Below, in pieces: positions 12,801-27,800 of a DNA stretch of 64,000 nt. The stretch is from Trichoplax adhaerens (Eukaryota > Animalia > Placozoa): contig NW_002060955.1 in the NCBI RefSeq assembly GCF_000150275.1, forward strand, positions 1,804,126 to 1,868,125, in the 5' to 3' direction. The notes under the pieces were generated by a model. It was not told where the DNA came from and did no database searches. It worked only from the letters and a program-made list of their open reading frames with translations. The translations under genes were made by a program, and so were the position numbers. Position 1 is the first letter of the stretch. Every line of letters starts with the position of its first letter.

Positions 12801-15800
12801 TGATAAAGATATAACGTAATTACTATGAATGCAAAGTATAAAGTTTAAGATGGATATTGTCTCACTTTTAGTATAAGATGTTAGATTGCTAACTTCTTAA
12901 TTGGGCTAAATGTGCTAGCACTCATTATCAATTAATACATATGTGCCCTATAATAAGTATTATAAAACTAAGTCTATAGAAAAGTATGTTAATTGTATAA
13001 GCCTAAGAATTAATTGTTTTGTACCAGAAAGCTTGGCAAATGTATAAAAGAGGATTCATTTATTTAATATAACAGTGAGGTAATTGCAGTTGCTGAGTAG
13101 AGTACGCTATCATCGATAAAGATCTCATTAAGTAATCACCAAAAAGCTTTTTGTCTGTGACTTACTATTGCCTAAGATTATGCACTAGGTCAGTGAAGTT
13201 TGTGGCGCTTAGTAGTAGGGATACTGTACCATAAAAACTAACGGTAGTGAAATAGGGAGTTTTTTAAATGTCGCAAACGCGGTTGTGATGATGTTGTAAT
13301 TTCGATCGTTTGATTTAATTACTACTATAAAGTACTAGTGACATTGAAAAAGTTCTTGGAAATATTGTCTAGAGATATATCTTGTACCGTTATTTTCTTG
13401 TCTAAGTGCTACCTAGAACTGCGTTGTATTTCTTAAAGCACAATAATACTATATAAAGAAGTACTTTAAACTTTGAAACATTACAAGAAACTGTATGAAG
13501 ATTGTACGGTCTAAAATATCAAAAATGATTATCTCGTTTATCTTAGCCAAGGATCAAATCCGCTTTGTATGAATTTCTAGTGAAGGATGTAGCATAGAGT
13601 GTAGTCTCATTTTGTATAATTTTATATGAAATTATAATAGCTTTAGAAATTGGCTAAATCTTGTTCGGATTATTTTAGTCACTTTCGACAGTTGGGAAAT
13701 AAAGTACTAGTACGACGGATCTTGTATAGATGTTTAATAAATCTTCAAAAATTAAAGACTATATATACGTGTATATATTATGGTCATCATTATTGTGAGA
13801 TAAGGTAGAGTTTTGATAATTTAGCAAATAAGGCAAATTTAATCGGATTGAAGTGAGCAAGATGAAAGAGTTACGAATTTCGATTTAAGATAGCTAACCT
13901 AATAAGAAGAGATAATTATCAAGGATTGGCGATCCTATCTAGTGCAAGTAGCGCTATGTTTTGATCATCTGATTACTATCATATTTCTTTATATTCCGAT
14001 TATATAAGATTCTATATTAGATATTTAGCCGATTCACAAACAGTTTTGTGTATCCGCAAATTATACTATGCAATATTGATTTCATCTGATCCCTGCGTTT
14101 CTTTAATTAATTTTAAATTTACACACATTGGCGTAGCTGCAGCTACTAAGAAATCTACATGTAAGATCGTTTACTAATAGCCTATAGTGCAAAGTGCATA
14201 TCTAGATTACAGTGCTTTATGGACCTTACTTTTTGCATATTCCATGTTAGTATTATTACTTAGCCATGTTTTTGTTATACGATATGAACATGTTAATAAT
14301 ACATTCTGTTATTTAATGATATTCTAACTATAATGTATAGCATTTCTTTATCTAACATCTTCTATTTCTGTTGTTATTTATGAGTTACAGATTCAATAAA
14401 TACCAGTCATTCTTGTTTTGAAAGTAACTCTAGTATTCAATAGTTCTGAACTCTCAAGTAGTTGATTCTTTTCGAACAAACTACGCTTCAACTTTTCTAT
14501 ATTTCATCTCATTTTACTTGACAGAGTTCATATATGCATAACATAGCCGAATAACCGAATAATCTAATTAACTAAGCATTCTAACAAATGCTAAAAGCAA
14601 GTTATCGTAAGAATATAGAGATATATCAGAGGAATATGCTATTATTTAATCTAATCTACTATTAAACTCTCATTCGATTTATTTAAATATAAAATTAATG
14701 ATTCTATCAACTATTTTCTGTATTTATGAATAAAGTACATAGCTGCATACTTATTCTCATACTGTCCAGTTGTTATTATTAGTCAGTGTTATTAACAAAT
14801 ACAGTGTAATAGAAACTAACCTTTTGCGGGATAGAGTAAAATATTCCTTATTTTGACTACTTACATGCCAGTTAGGAATGGCCCAACACGGTCGTATAAA
14901 TCTCTCAGGAAGGAATTTAATATTATTGGATTATCACTCACATCTCTATACGCTCAAAAATAAATACAGATACGATCGTTAACATTTTCCTGATGGTATA
15001 TCTTTTAAGTTATAAATATCTAATGAAAGCTCAGTAAAATAAACTGGTGATATCAAATGGAATATCGTCTAAATTATATATAGCTAATGATAAAAATTAG
15101 TAAATAAAACTGGCGATATCTTGTTTTTCAATTAATAACATTACAAATTTTAGATCCTTAGTAATTATATCATTGTTTTATGTACATACAGTTTTAAGTT
15201 TTTCATAGTCGGCATTCCGTTAATAATTCCAGCCCAATTATTCCCTGCTAATTTCCTATGAAAGTAATCGACAAGGCAAATCATTAAATTTGTATAAGCG
15301 TATCAATACTTATAGTTAGAGTTTACTTTGTAAAGAGATTTATATCATAAATAGGCTCTATAGTGGCTTGCTATCTAAGTAAATTAATAACGACCCTAAT
15401 CTGAAGTCAGATCACCAGCGTATTACTTCGTAAAACGTACAAGTCATTAATCAGCTTTAATTTTTCAAGCAAGTCTTTCTGCATATTTATTCCGTTTGTA
15501 ATCAAATTGGTATAGCTCATATCACTATCGAATAAATACAAAAGCAAATGGGTCACTTAATTCCAAATGCGTATCAAATAAATCATAACAAGTTATTTAT
15601 GGAGAGGTTCAATCAGTAACCTACATTTTGGTAACTTGATAGAATAACTGATCACAATTAGGATCAAACTTTTTGATATTATTATTTGCTAAAATTCTTA
15701 AATTAGCCAATTAAGCATAATAATTAGAGAGTAATATTTCCAGAAATAATTAGCTTTCAATTTAAATACTTAAGGGTGACCGTAGTTAGTAACAGTATCA

Positions 15801-18800
15801 TCAATAAAGAGAAATTGTTAAATGAATTTATTATTACTTACATAGATTTTAGTATTGCAGGCAATCCTGAGCAGTTCAAGTATTTGATGTTGTTTCTCGC
15901 TAAATTGCTATAATAAAAGTAGACTTGAGAATTCTATAAGAATACGATTTCATAAATGATACGGTACAGATGTAAGATTTTTTACTCTAGGTTTGATACT
16001 ATAACATAAAAAGCTACGAAATAGTAATTATATTGAAAATTTAGACGAAGAATTTAAATATTCGCGTTCCCTGTTACAAGTACAAATCTTTAGATTTTAT
16101 TCGTCCTATTTTCACTTACAGCTTTTCAAGAAAAGTTAATCCCAGATTATCTTGATCAGACAGTGTTATAGCATTATTACTTAAATCTCTAAAAAAAGAA
16201 TTTTAGTATGCCTGAGCTTCTAGATCATTCATTTACTATATAGTAACTGAAATGGTTATTTATTTAGCTCACAGAATTCTTAAATTTTTGTAACGCGAAA
16301 ATAATTTGTTTCCCAGCATCGTAATGTAATTGTTGCTTAAATATCTGAAACAAAGTCACTTCAATTAATTTAGAAAGCTACACGCATAAAATGTACTACC
16401 ATTGTGATTACATACGTTTAGAATTGTATATAGACTAAATTTATGAATATTCCTAATTTGCACTTACAATTGGCTCAGATACGGCAGTTTCACTTTAAAA
16501 ATTTTGCCAACATTTCTAATATTATTGTAATTTAAGTTCCTTGTATACCGAAATATCATGAAGATATAAAATGATAAGGAATAACTGGGCTTAGCTACAA
16601 ATGAAGTAATACAATTTGTCTTACAATATCCGTATGTTGCTTAATCCTCCCAAAAAGGTATTTTGATGATCGGATATATGATTATGATGTAGATATCTGA
16701 ATCATATACAGACGTTATGAATTAATTTATCAGGTAATCATAAATATTTTACTACAGTTAGCAGTATATATTTCCCTGTGTTCTTACAAACTATTTAACA
16801 TCGTATTTTTAAAAACATTTTCTGGCAATGTTCCAATGTGGTTGTAACCAAGGTATCTGTTAAACATAAATGTAATTATACTGTACTTTAAAAGATATAT
16901 TTTTCTTTCATGCCATCCTCTCTGGATGAAAAGATTGTTCAGCACTATAAATTTGTTGATAGCTACTCGTATACTTTATAAATGAGTACAATTAATTTAT
17001 TAAATAATAAAATATTCTCAAGATTCATATTAACAATCGGCGCTTAGAAATATAATCATTGAATGTGACATAAATGACGATCATAAGACGTCTTGTGCAG
17101 TCAATCGAGTACAATTTTGTAACGGTAGTGAATCTACTGTGATGAATGATATCTTACTTAATTTAGACACGTACATGTATCACGATAAGATAGTTATCAA
17201 TTTGGATATGTGCATGAATTATTTTATGACTTAATTAATATAGCCGATACAAACCTGTTCCTAATACAGGCTAAATTACACTAAATATAGTATATGAATT
17301 GTCAATGGTAAATTCAATATAAATCCTGTTAATTATAAGCTAGTGAAAACATAAAGTTAATATATCGTAATATTACAAAGTCATTGGATTAGGCTAGGAA
17401 TAATTTAATGTATTCACTAAGTCTTATTGGTCGAAATATATCACACATCGTAAACCGATTTTATGGCTAGAATAGCTATTTTAATGATTGATTTAGAATA
17501 TTAAATTAGACTCGTATTTTCTAGAATAAAGATATAATTAGAAGATTCCGAAAGTGCATTTCTTAGTTATTGTTACTTATCTAGGGTAATCTAATTAGTT
17601 TAGATTAGGCAAGTTTGGTTAAGTAACACATTTATACTTTTACAAAGTTACTTACAATTCTTTAAGACTTCTTAAATCTTTAAAATCATCGGAGTCTATT
17701 GCTTCAATGCGATTATTTGCTACAGATCTAGGCATTTAAAATGACAATTAAATGCTTTAGCATTTGGTATTTGGCAGTATCAAGATAAATTAATTTTTCT
17801 TTATATTACCGAGTAGGTTATGGATTGCATTCAAAAGCATCGCAACATTAAAATCATTCTAACGAAGTACCACTTTACGGTATAAAGTTACTGAACCTCT
17901 GTTAAATGAGCACATTATCGTAAACCGTCAATAAAGCGACGGGAGTTTGCACTAGTGAATTCTAATTTAAACACCTTGCGAAGATTTATTGTTATAGGCA
18001 CATGCTCTTTATATGGTATTCTTAATGAAAAAGTATACTAACTAATCTTATTTTCGTAGACAAATATTTACACCATTATTTCTAACGCTATCATTTTATA
18101 CTTTTGCACTTATACTGATAAGCTGTACAAGTTAGCCTGGACTTACGATAGAAATAAAATACTAGCAAAATTCCCTTTTCAATATATGTCTTACGTGAAT
18201 ACAAATACGTCATTATAATCTATGATATACTATTCAAATTATACTTATTTAATCAAATTTGATAACAAGCTAGGCTAGGAAGTTTATAAGCTTACAAAGC
18301 AACAAGTTGAGATAGTGGTCTTATAAAATCTATCTTTCTTAGGTTGTTCTTACCCAAAAATCTGAAAAATCGAAACAAAAAATAAATTATCAGAAAGCTT
18401 AAAAAGCTTACAAAGGTAGCTTGCCAATGCTTTATCCAGAAATCAGCTTAAAATGAATCGCTCTTACGATTAAAATATTATGAAGTAAATGATTTAATCG
18501 AATTTTACATGCCAATTAATTTAAGTAATATTTCTGCTGATTAAACTTACAGTGAATGTAACCCTGACAATGGTTTTAGTGCGTCTGTCTTAATAGAGTT
18601 TAGATTATTGGAAGAAATATTTCTGCGGGATTTGAATAGGAATTAGTAACTTAGAATAAATTTTGAAATTATATCTATAATTAATTTATCAAATACTATT
18701 TGAATTAAGTCTATGGCAAAAGATAAGGACGATGCTCTGTCAACCTTATAACATTTTAATAATTCAGATATTAGAAATTTCCAAGTATCTGTTGCAGATT

Positions 18801-21800
18801 AAGCTAAATTATTTTAAATAAAATTACAGCAAGTGAATTGGCTTTCAATGACGTGAATTTGATTATTAAATGGTAACTTTGTCAATTGTAAATGGACAGT
18901 ATTGAATACAGTAATATAATATTAACATGTTAGCCGTAATTTGTGCCGTATCTTATTAGATACCCCAGTACTAGAGCTTATATTAGAGTAACACACATTA
19001 CTGTTACAGAATTACCGTAAATTTCTTTTAAAGTTGATTATTGTGTTTTACAATACTCTCCATCAAGAAAGTTCATTATCTGATAATTTACATCTTAGGT
19101 GCAAACACCGTTGTCATTAAACTTTTTAATATTTAAATTATAATTACGTCATAATAATTTCTATCATTAATTGTTATAACATGTTAATTACCGTATTACA
19201 TATCACTATGCATGCTTTAGGAGTAAGATAATTACAATTTTCATATATTGCCTGATGCCACATACAAACCAATAGATAAAATATTAACGTAATATCAATG
19301 TAGTTCTTTATTTGTTAGCATACCTAAAGATACCTTCTAGAAATTATCATATTAGATATCATGTCATCTTAGCGTCTTCAAAATAATTTCTCAACTAATA
19401 CAGTATAATTTAATGAAGAAGTTTCTGTTCTAGCAATGTATTCTAATAATTACAAATCATTCTCTCTATCTCCGTCCAACTAGAAACTATTGACACTATA
19501 TTACACTTGAATTTAAAATAACATAACATTAAGCACCTGAAAAGGAGGTATCAAATCTGGAGGTGATAACTCAACAAATATGCTCCTAGTACTACACTAG
19601 TTTAACCTGATCAAACTTTGATATTTACTAAAATCGAGTAAGAAATTATTAAGAATCAGCACGAAAGATTTTAATATGAACTTAGCAGTTAGACTTCCTA
19701 TATGGACATTTTATCTTAACATTAACAAGACTTTTGTGCTACTATTTAACATAATTGGAAAAATTTCCGTAAATATCAGCATAAGAATTAAGGTAAATAT
19801 GCTATCAGACTGTGAATATGCATAATAGCTATCAAACTGTTATGTACAAATGCTGGTAGCTATTTTATTTCCTCATATATTGTCACTTACAGTGGGGCTA
19901 GATAATTTAATGCAGAAAAATTGAGTGGATTTGATTGATGTAGCTTGTTATAAGATAAGTTACTGTTTCAAAGAAGATCTTCACTAAGGTCATATAGTCT
20001 TAAAGTGATTACTTCTTAAGAAATGCAGCAGTAATTAAAATTATTGCTTTAATTATAACTTGATGTTTTACAATGGTTACAATTGCAACTGAATCATGAT
20101 CATAAGCATTACAGGGTTCTGCAGTCTCCAAAGTCTAAGTTTTTTATTGTCGATAGGAAATTATTGGTTAAATCCCTACATTGAAAAAAGATATCGAAAG
20201 ATTGAGTAATCAGTAGATAGAAAAATTATTAAAAGATATGCTAGTGTATCAAAGTAAGTTTAAATAAGATTAAATGTTTCCTATAATACAAGTATGATTG
20301 TGAAAAGTGCTTGTTCCCATTTTCTTGTTAAATTACTGAGTGCAAATGTGGTTAGGGTTAAGGTTACACTATTTGCTCAATATCTTTCAATTTTTATTTG
20401 TATGGTATAGCATTTGAGCTGTGAAAGTGTCTACTTCAAGTATATAACGCCTATAAGACTTACAAAGTCTCTATTATAACTGGGTTACTTGCTCTGTTGC
20501 GATTTTCGTCCAGCTTCAATGGATATGATCTTGATAAACCCCTTCGTAAGTCAATAATAATCATAAATAATAAGCGTAGAAAAAAACTTTTCCAGTTGAA
20601 AAGTGTAAAATGTAATGTTATATCCTATTTAGGGTCTATATATATAATAGTTTAGTTATGGTTATTCACTTAAGAAGGCTTTTATGAGATTGAATTATAA
20701 GTGAGAAGTACGACATACAAAAAGTTCATCGATGCCGTATTGGGTAAATTGAATTCTCGAAAATTTCCAATAGGATTACCACTAAGCTGTCTAATAAAAT
20801 TATATTAGAAATATATTTAATTACTTTACTTATTTATCTCTTATTATAATCTTTGTTTATAATTGGTGAAAGTAAACAGCATATAATTATATCGTTAGGA
20901 ATCAGGCTATATAGTGAAGGAGGTAACAATGATAGTGTACTTACAGCAATTTTAGTTTGTTTAGTCCGAAAAAAGCTTTCCTATCAACATGTTTTATGTT
21001 ATTTGTTTGTAAACGTCTGGAATACACGTAAAACATATCAAAGATAAGCATTTAAATATTATATTATATAAATACACTGAAGATATGTAATTCCACCTTC
21101 AGCAACAATATACCGGACGAAGAAAAACTTCTTGAACTATTAACTGTAAATCATTATCACTATTTTTAATTATTGTTAGATACGATTTGATTAAGGTTAC
21201 AGTAAACTAAATGAGGGATTTCAAGCGAAAATCTTCTTAACTGCAATCTATATAATGCACCATACATTACATGATACGCATTCTGTAAAGCACACGGTAC
21301 AGCATGTAATTTTATTACTAATTAGTAATTCATGTTATCGTATAGCGTGTAGAGTAGAATGAATATTTACTTAACCTTAACTTATAAACAGTGACATTGG
21401 AAGCAACAGTTGTTAAAAATAAAGCCTAATTGTCTCTTTAATAATGTACTTTGCATGTGCTAGTAAAAAATGATTAAAATTAACGAATTCCGAATTTTAC
21501 CAGTTACAGTGATCTTCTACTTCTTTTGAGTTAGTTACAGACTACGATAATAAGCTATGCACATAACTGTTCCGGAAAATACATTCATTTTCTATTTTAT
21601 ATGTCTAACAAGATCGACTTGCAGTTTCATTAGATATTTTGACATCATATAATGATTGAAAGATGGATGAAGAACAAATTGTAGTTTCAAATTTTACTTA
21701 GGATTCGCAAAAATATTACAATATCTAGGCAAAGACCATGCCAGCTTACAAATTATGGAGATTTGAAAGGTACTCAAACTGATTGGGAGCTAAATTTTTG

Positions 21801-24800
21801 AGTTCATTTTCATTTATATTTCTAGCCAATATTAAGTATTGAAAACGAGCAATTATTAAAATGACAGTTAGACCAAATGTTATGATCTCATTAATAAAAG
21901 CAGTACTAGTGAACTTACAAGTCCTGAAGTCTGACTAACGGTTGCAAACTTTCTGAGCTCAAATCGGTTAATTTATTTCCTGCTAAATCTCTTATCGACA
22001 TAACATAAGAAACTATGCAATTAGTAGATTGATATTCACATGTTATGCGTAAATAGCTTAATAAATATGATGATTGTAATAGAGAATATATAATATGTTG
22101 ATGAATAATTGCATGTTCTTAAATATACTGGTACAAAGTCGGGAAAATTTTCTAATGTATTATTATACAGCATTTATATGTGAGTTATAATGGCCAGCTA
22201 AATAGCTACGAATAAGAAAGGACAGGTAAGTTATGATGTATGAATGATATTTTATCTTCTAAAAGTTTGGAGAAAATTCTAGGTTTGTTATGATTGTATA
22301 CTCACAGAATAGCAACTTTGTCTAGGTCCTTAAAAGCGGTAGCATCGATCTTAGAAATATTATTAAAGGGTAGTCTCCTAAAAATTTAATTTGATTAATC
22401 TTGATAGGTATTTCCTGAAAGCTTTAAATATGTAATAATTGATTCTAATAAATTGATTGGTATTAGGTTAATTTCCGTTGCTAACTTTTACTTTCAAAAT
22501 CTAAATCTTGTGACGCTTATATATAGATTAAATAATTACAGGGTTATAAGGCTTTTGAGGCCCTTGAACTGGTAGCTATCCAACGAAGTTAACTTGCCAT
22601 TAGTGATATTCCTATTCAATATTTAAAACATCAATTGTTATTTTAGAAGTAACTTCAAAAGATATGTCAGTATCTAACTAAGTGCACTTTGTTACCTAGC
22701 TATTAAAATATAAAAAATCTATTAAAACTTCTCTTTTTGAAGGTACGAATACGTTTAAGTATAAGGTCTCATTTAGATTTAAAATTCCAACTTTCTTTAA
22801 CAGAATTCGTCAGCACTACTGTTGGTTATTAACTGAGACTAATAGCGGTTTAAAAATATTTAACTTACAAAATTGTTGTCTTAACCGTCGATTTAAATAA
22901 TTCAGGAGGAAGATTCAATATGGGATTGTAATCCAAATTTCTAAAAAATATATAGTTAATTAGATGAATAATGCACTGGAAAAAAAAGATCATTTGCTAA
23001 TTTTGTATTCGCTGAGGTAACGAGTAGTTTATTATCTTAAACTAGCCATGAAAATCTATAAGAAACTAGTTCGTATGGAAATTTTTAATTAAATTCTTAT
23101 TTATTTTATGTTGATATCTGCAGTTCCAGCGACTTTGTACTATTTTCATACTTACATCAATTTAATTGCAGTCAATGGCTGGAATGATGTTGAGGCAATT
23201 AATTGGATATTATTATAATCTAAATGCCTTTATTATTCCGGTTAGAAATCGGATTTAGGAAATTTTGTTTTCAATTATTCAAGATAATTGAATTTGGGTT
23301 ATGTAATAGTAACTTATAATAGTGATCATTTGATTCTTACAGTTCCCGCAAGTTTGGAGCACATATAGTTTCAGGATAAATAGTTGTTAGATTATTACGA
23401 TCTAAGCTCCTAAAAATGAAAACCAGTGGTGTGTTATCATAAGCTTATAATCCAATTAAATGGCTGATATCTTATAGGAAAAATAGCTGCTAAGAGCCGA
23501 GATATTCACGGCTTACAGTATAATTAATTATACATTATTACTAGGTCTAAGCCAGTTTGAATTTCAACACTTTTCTCAGTAAAATATAGTTGGAGGGGTT
23601 CATCATATTAATACAAGGTCTTATCGCAGTATCTTTATACAACGCTTTATGTTTAGACAAATCATACCCCAAAAATCTAATGTAACTTTCTATGGATTAA
23701 TAGTGAAATTAATTTGTACATAGATAATCTAAAATGAAGTACATATAATTGATTACCGCTTACACTATTGTAATGTAACATAGTATTGTGATTGTAGACT
23801 GTTAGCCATGTAATCGTGCTCCCTAGCAATTAAGAATTTAAATTTTGATATAGTAACGTTACTTGGTAAATTTTTAATAAGACTTACAATACTTCTAGTT
23901 TCTTAAAGTCGCAAAATGTATTATTTTCTATGGCATGCAATTTATTTTGAGCAAGGTCACTATATAAAAGAAAAGAAGATATGCGAACGAAATTGATATT
24001 AAGGATTTATGACTACATTAACACCATTTATATTATTTGCAATGTAATTATATCCTAGTAGACGATAGGATATGACATTTAGTTTAGTCTTTTGCTTCAC
24101 ATTATTACTTGTATGTGTATATCATGTAAATAAACGCGCAAACAATTTAGCTTAAATAAAATGTCAGAAATATATACGAGCATTACAGATTTTATGCAAT
24201 AAATTCTCTCAGTTTGCTTACAAATCTATCAAATTTGTTAAGCTGCTAACAGAATCACGTTGTAAATTCTCCAAATTGTTGCCTGCAATGAAACTAAAGC
24301 ATAAATAATCAATACTCCGATTACTATTATCCAAAATAAGTTATTTGTCGTGATACTGTAATTTACGGTAAAAATAAAGTCAGATCAATAATTAAATTCG
24401 AAAGTGTATCGTATCAATTGAATTTAGTATTAAATTTGTAGTTGTTGACGTATAATGATTACCAAATGGATATTAAATATGAAGATTGCATTAGTAAATA
24501 TATTTAAATATGATTTTACTGTAATCCATTATTATAAATGTATCGTGCATTAGATTCGTATTACATGAAATTAGTATCAGAGCTTATACTTTAAAGCAAC
24601 TGTCATCTAGATTTAGTTAAATAAATGATCAACTATCTTCAATTAAAAATTGCTATTAACCAGCATAACTACAACTGTTATGTCAGCAATATACAATGTG
24701 TTGAAATACTCGTAGACATTCCAAATCTTTGTACAGTTTGTTTGAAATCTTACGTACATCCTCCTAAGCCGGTTTGAGCCACTAAAAGCATTGCTTTCAA

Positions 24801-27800
24801 TTGTTTCAATTTCATTATTCGAAAGGCATCTAATTTGAAATAGTTACCGTACTTCATTATGACTGATATTCAAAGTAGCATTCATTTCTATAGAATAATA
24901 TCAAAAATTCTTAGCTGGTAAGTTATATGTAGGCTAGAAAAATTAAACATTTGAACTTCTATTTAAAATGATAATTAAAAATTATCATCGTTACTACATA
25001 CAAGGTCTCCAGGTTATGAAGATCGATGAAATAGTTCGATCTTATGATTGATAGCTTGTTTTTGGAAAGCGATCTGCATAAATATAACAAATTTAATCAA
25101 TGTATGAATACCTGGCTGCCATAATACTTAAATAGGCCGATCAAAATTGCAACTTTTTCTTCTATATTCACAAAGTGGAGCATAGATTGATTAAATTCTA
25201 CTTCAGTAATCTATAGCCTTTCAACCTCAATAAGATACTATAGATCTTTATATGGTATATTACCTGCATACGATACGCTCCACTAATTTTCTAAACATGT
25301 TTGTTTGTTAAGATCGTAATGCAATCGATTTATACTTTCTTTTTCAACTGTTATTATTACTACTACTTACATTACTTACATTATTCACATGATGGCTTAC
25401 ACTGTAATATGTCTTTATTAATAACTATCAACCGCGAATTATAGCAAACAATTACGGATCTATTTCCTGCTAGAGTATCTATGCGAATCCAGATGATAGT
25501 CATGAAATAGGGTTATTTAGATTAATTGAACTCTCTATCATAAAAGTGAAATACAAACTATAGTGATATATCGTAGGCAATTTATACATTATTCTGCTTT
25601 ATCAGACATACAACAAGTTCAATCCAGCAATTGGCTTAAAGGCTCCATCATCGATAGATAAGATTTCATTAGATTCCATAGTTCTGTCAATAAAATGAAA
25701 AAGATAGATAAGGATAAATTTGTATAATATAAATTCTTAGTCGTCAGATTGAATTATTATTTGTAGAACCAAAATGCAATTGCAGAAGTATCCAATTATT
25801 TACTGTAAATAAAATGGTTGAATGATAGTTTCAGTTCTATCAAACGAAAGTTCTAGCCACATCAACTAGAGATTAGTCTGTAATGTTTTCATAATTAATT
25901 AATGGTTTAATGATATTCAATCATGAGATTAGCAGTAATTTATTTGGCTTTATATCTTCGAAAATCTTATCTGAAATTGGCAAGTGTGGTAGATATAATC
26001 TTTATCATTAAATTAATAAATCGAATGTATTATTAAAAGACATTAATCATCTACGGGGTATTGTAAAATACATGACAAAAATGAAATGACATTATAATAT
26101 AAATCATTAGGAAATTTTTCTTACACTTCCGTTAGTTTGGAGAGGCATGCAAAGCTACCATTTGAAACTTTAGATAAATTGTTATCATTGAGGTCTCTAG
26201 AGAAAACAGTTCAAAATTACAATTTTTTCTAGCTTCAGAGATAAACTTGAAATTACGTGTCAGAATATTATTTAAAGTACGTATGTACAAACCAATTAAC
26301 GGTTTTACGCCGCCAATGTTATACATGAAGTAAAATTGCTGACATATAAACATATACTTGTAAATGATTACTATAAAACTGCTATGCAGTATTATATATA
26401 CATCACAAGAAGTAAATTGATTAAAAGAAACATTAAGAAAAGGTGAAATTTTAAGGGGTATAATAAGAACTAATATCTAGAAACAGTTCATGTTTCATTT
26501 AATATGCATGCGATAGTACCATTATCTTGAAGTATGAAAGACAATTAAGAATTTTTTATGATTGAGTTAATTAAAATTATTACGCGATTCAATGCGTTAG
26601 GTTGATGACCATCAACGATAATACAATATTTTACCAATAAGTTTCAGAAAAAAATAATAAATTTTGAGCTTTACTAAACTTACAGTAACCACAGATTGGG
26701 CATTGAACAGAATGACCCGCTTTCGATAGAATTGATATCATTATTGTGTAAACTCCTAATAATTAGAAATGCTACGTCAAATTCACGTACTTTACATCAT
26801 ATAAAGAAATACTAAATGTGCTATTTAATTAACATCGAATTTATAGCTAAAGTAGTACAGTACAGAATGGAATAATACATATCATAACTTAATTTAAGTA
26901 AGAAGGTATCCATAGTTTTATCTACAAATAACCGGAATGAAGCAAAGCATTTTCGTTATCGTAGTTTGTATATTATAATAAAGAATAAGTCTGATAGATA
27001 CTGCTCGATGAAAGGTAAGAAAAAGCCTAAGTTAATAGATACATATGCCTTAACTATCGATAATAAGGTTAAGGTAACAGAGAATTTTGCTTTATCAGAT
27101 ACTTGAGTATTTGACGATATACATAATAAGCACTATTATTTCATTTTATCTAATAGTTTACAAGTTTTTCAAGTTAGAAAGACAAGCAAAGGTGTAACGT
27201 TCAATTTTCTGAATTTTGTTCTGGAAAAGCCGTCTATAGTTAAGTCAAAAAAAGAACTTAGTGAGTATTAATCGTTTGATTTTTATGTATATCGCGTACG
27301 GATGAGGCAGTTCTTATGAAGATAGATACGTACAGATTCGAAACACTTAATAACGTACAAAACGAATTCGGTTCGATGTAAGTAATTGAATTTTGTTCTA
27401 TGTCTCTAAAATATCGAAATAGTTGAGGTTAGCACTGATCTGCCCAAATTGAAATTTTTACGGCTAATTCCAATATGGTTATTGGTTGATTTTGTGAATT
27501 GCGAGGAACCATGTAATAGTTCACGTAGCCGCTAGCAAGTCATTATGATATTTTTTGAAGGACATGCTTTACATGTTCATTAATGGCATCCGAAGCTCAG
27601 TGAGTATTTACCGAATTGATTATATAATTTATTTTTGAAATTCAAATTCTTACAGAAGTTGCACTGATGATAAGCCAGTGAAGGCCCATATACCAATTGT
27701 TTTCAGCTGATTTCTTGCAAGATCACTAATTAAAGATGATGTTTAGCGAAAAATTTAGACCGTATAGTAAATTAAGAATTTAAATCATTTTCATTTCCAT

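Noticed and set aside
14865-14945. Apparent absence of this exon's counterpart in LGR-B
   Set aside because: The expected position coincides with the assembly gaps at 52796-52845 and 53702-53751, so absence cannot be claimed.
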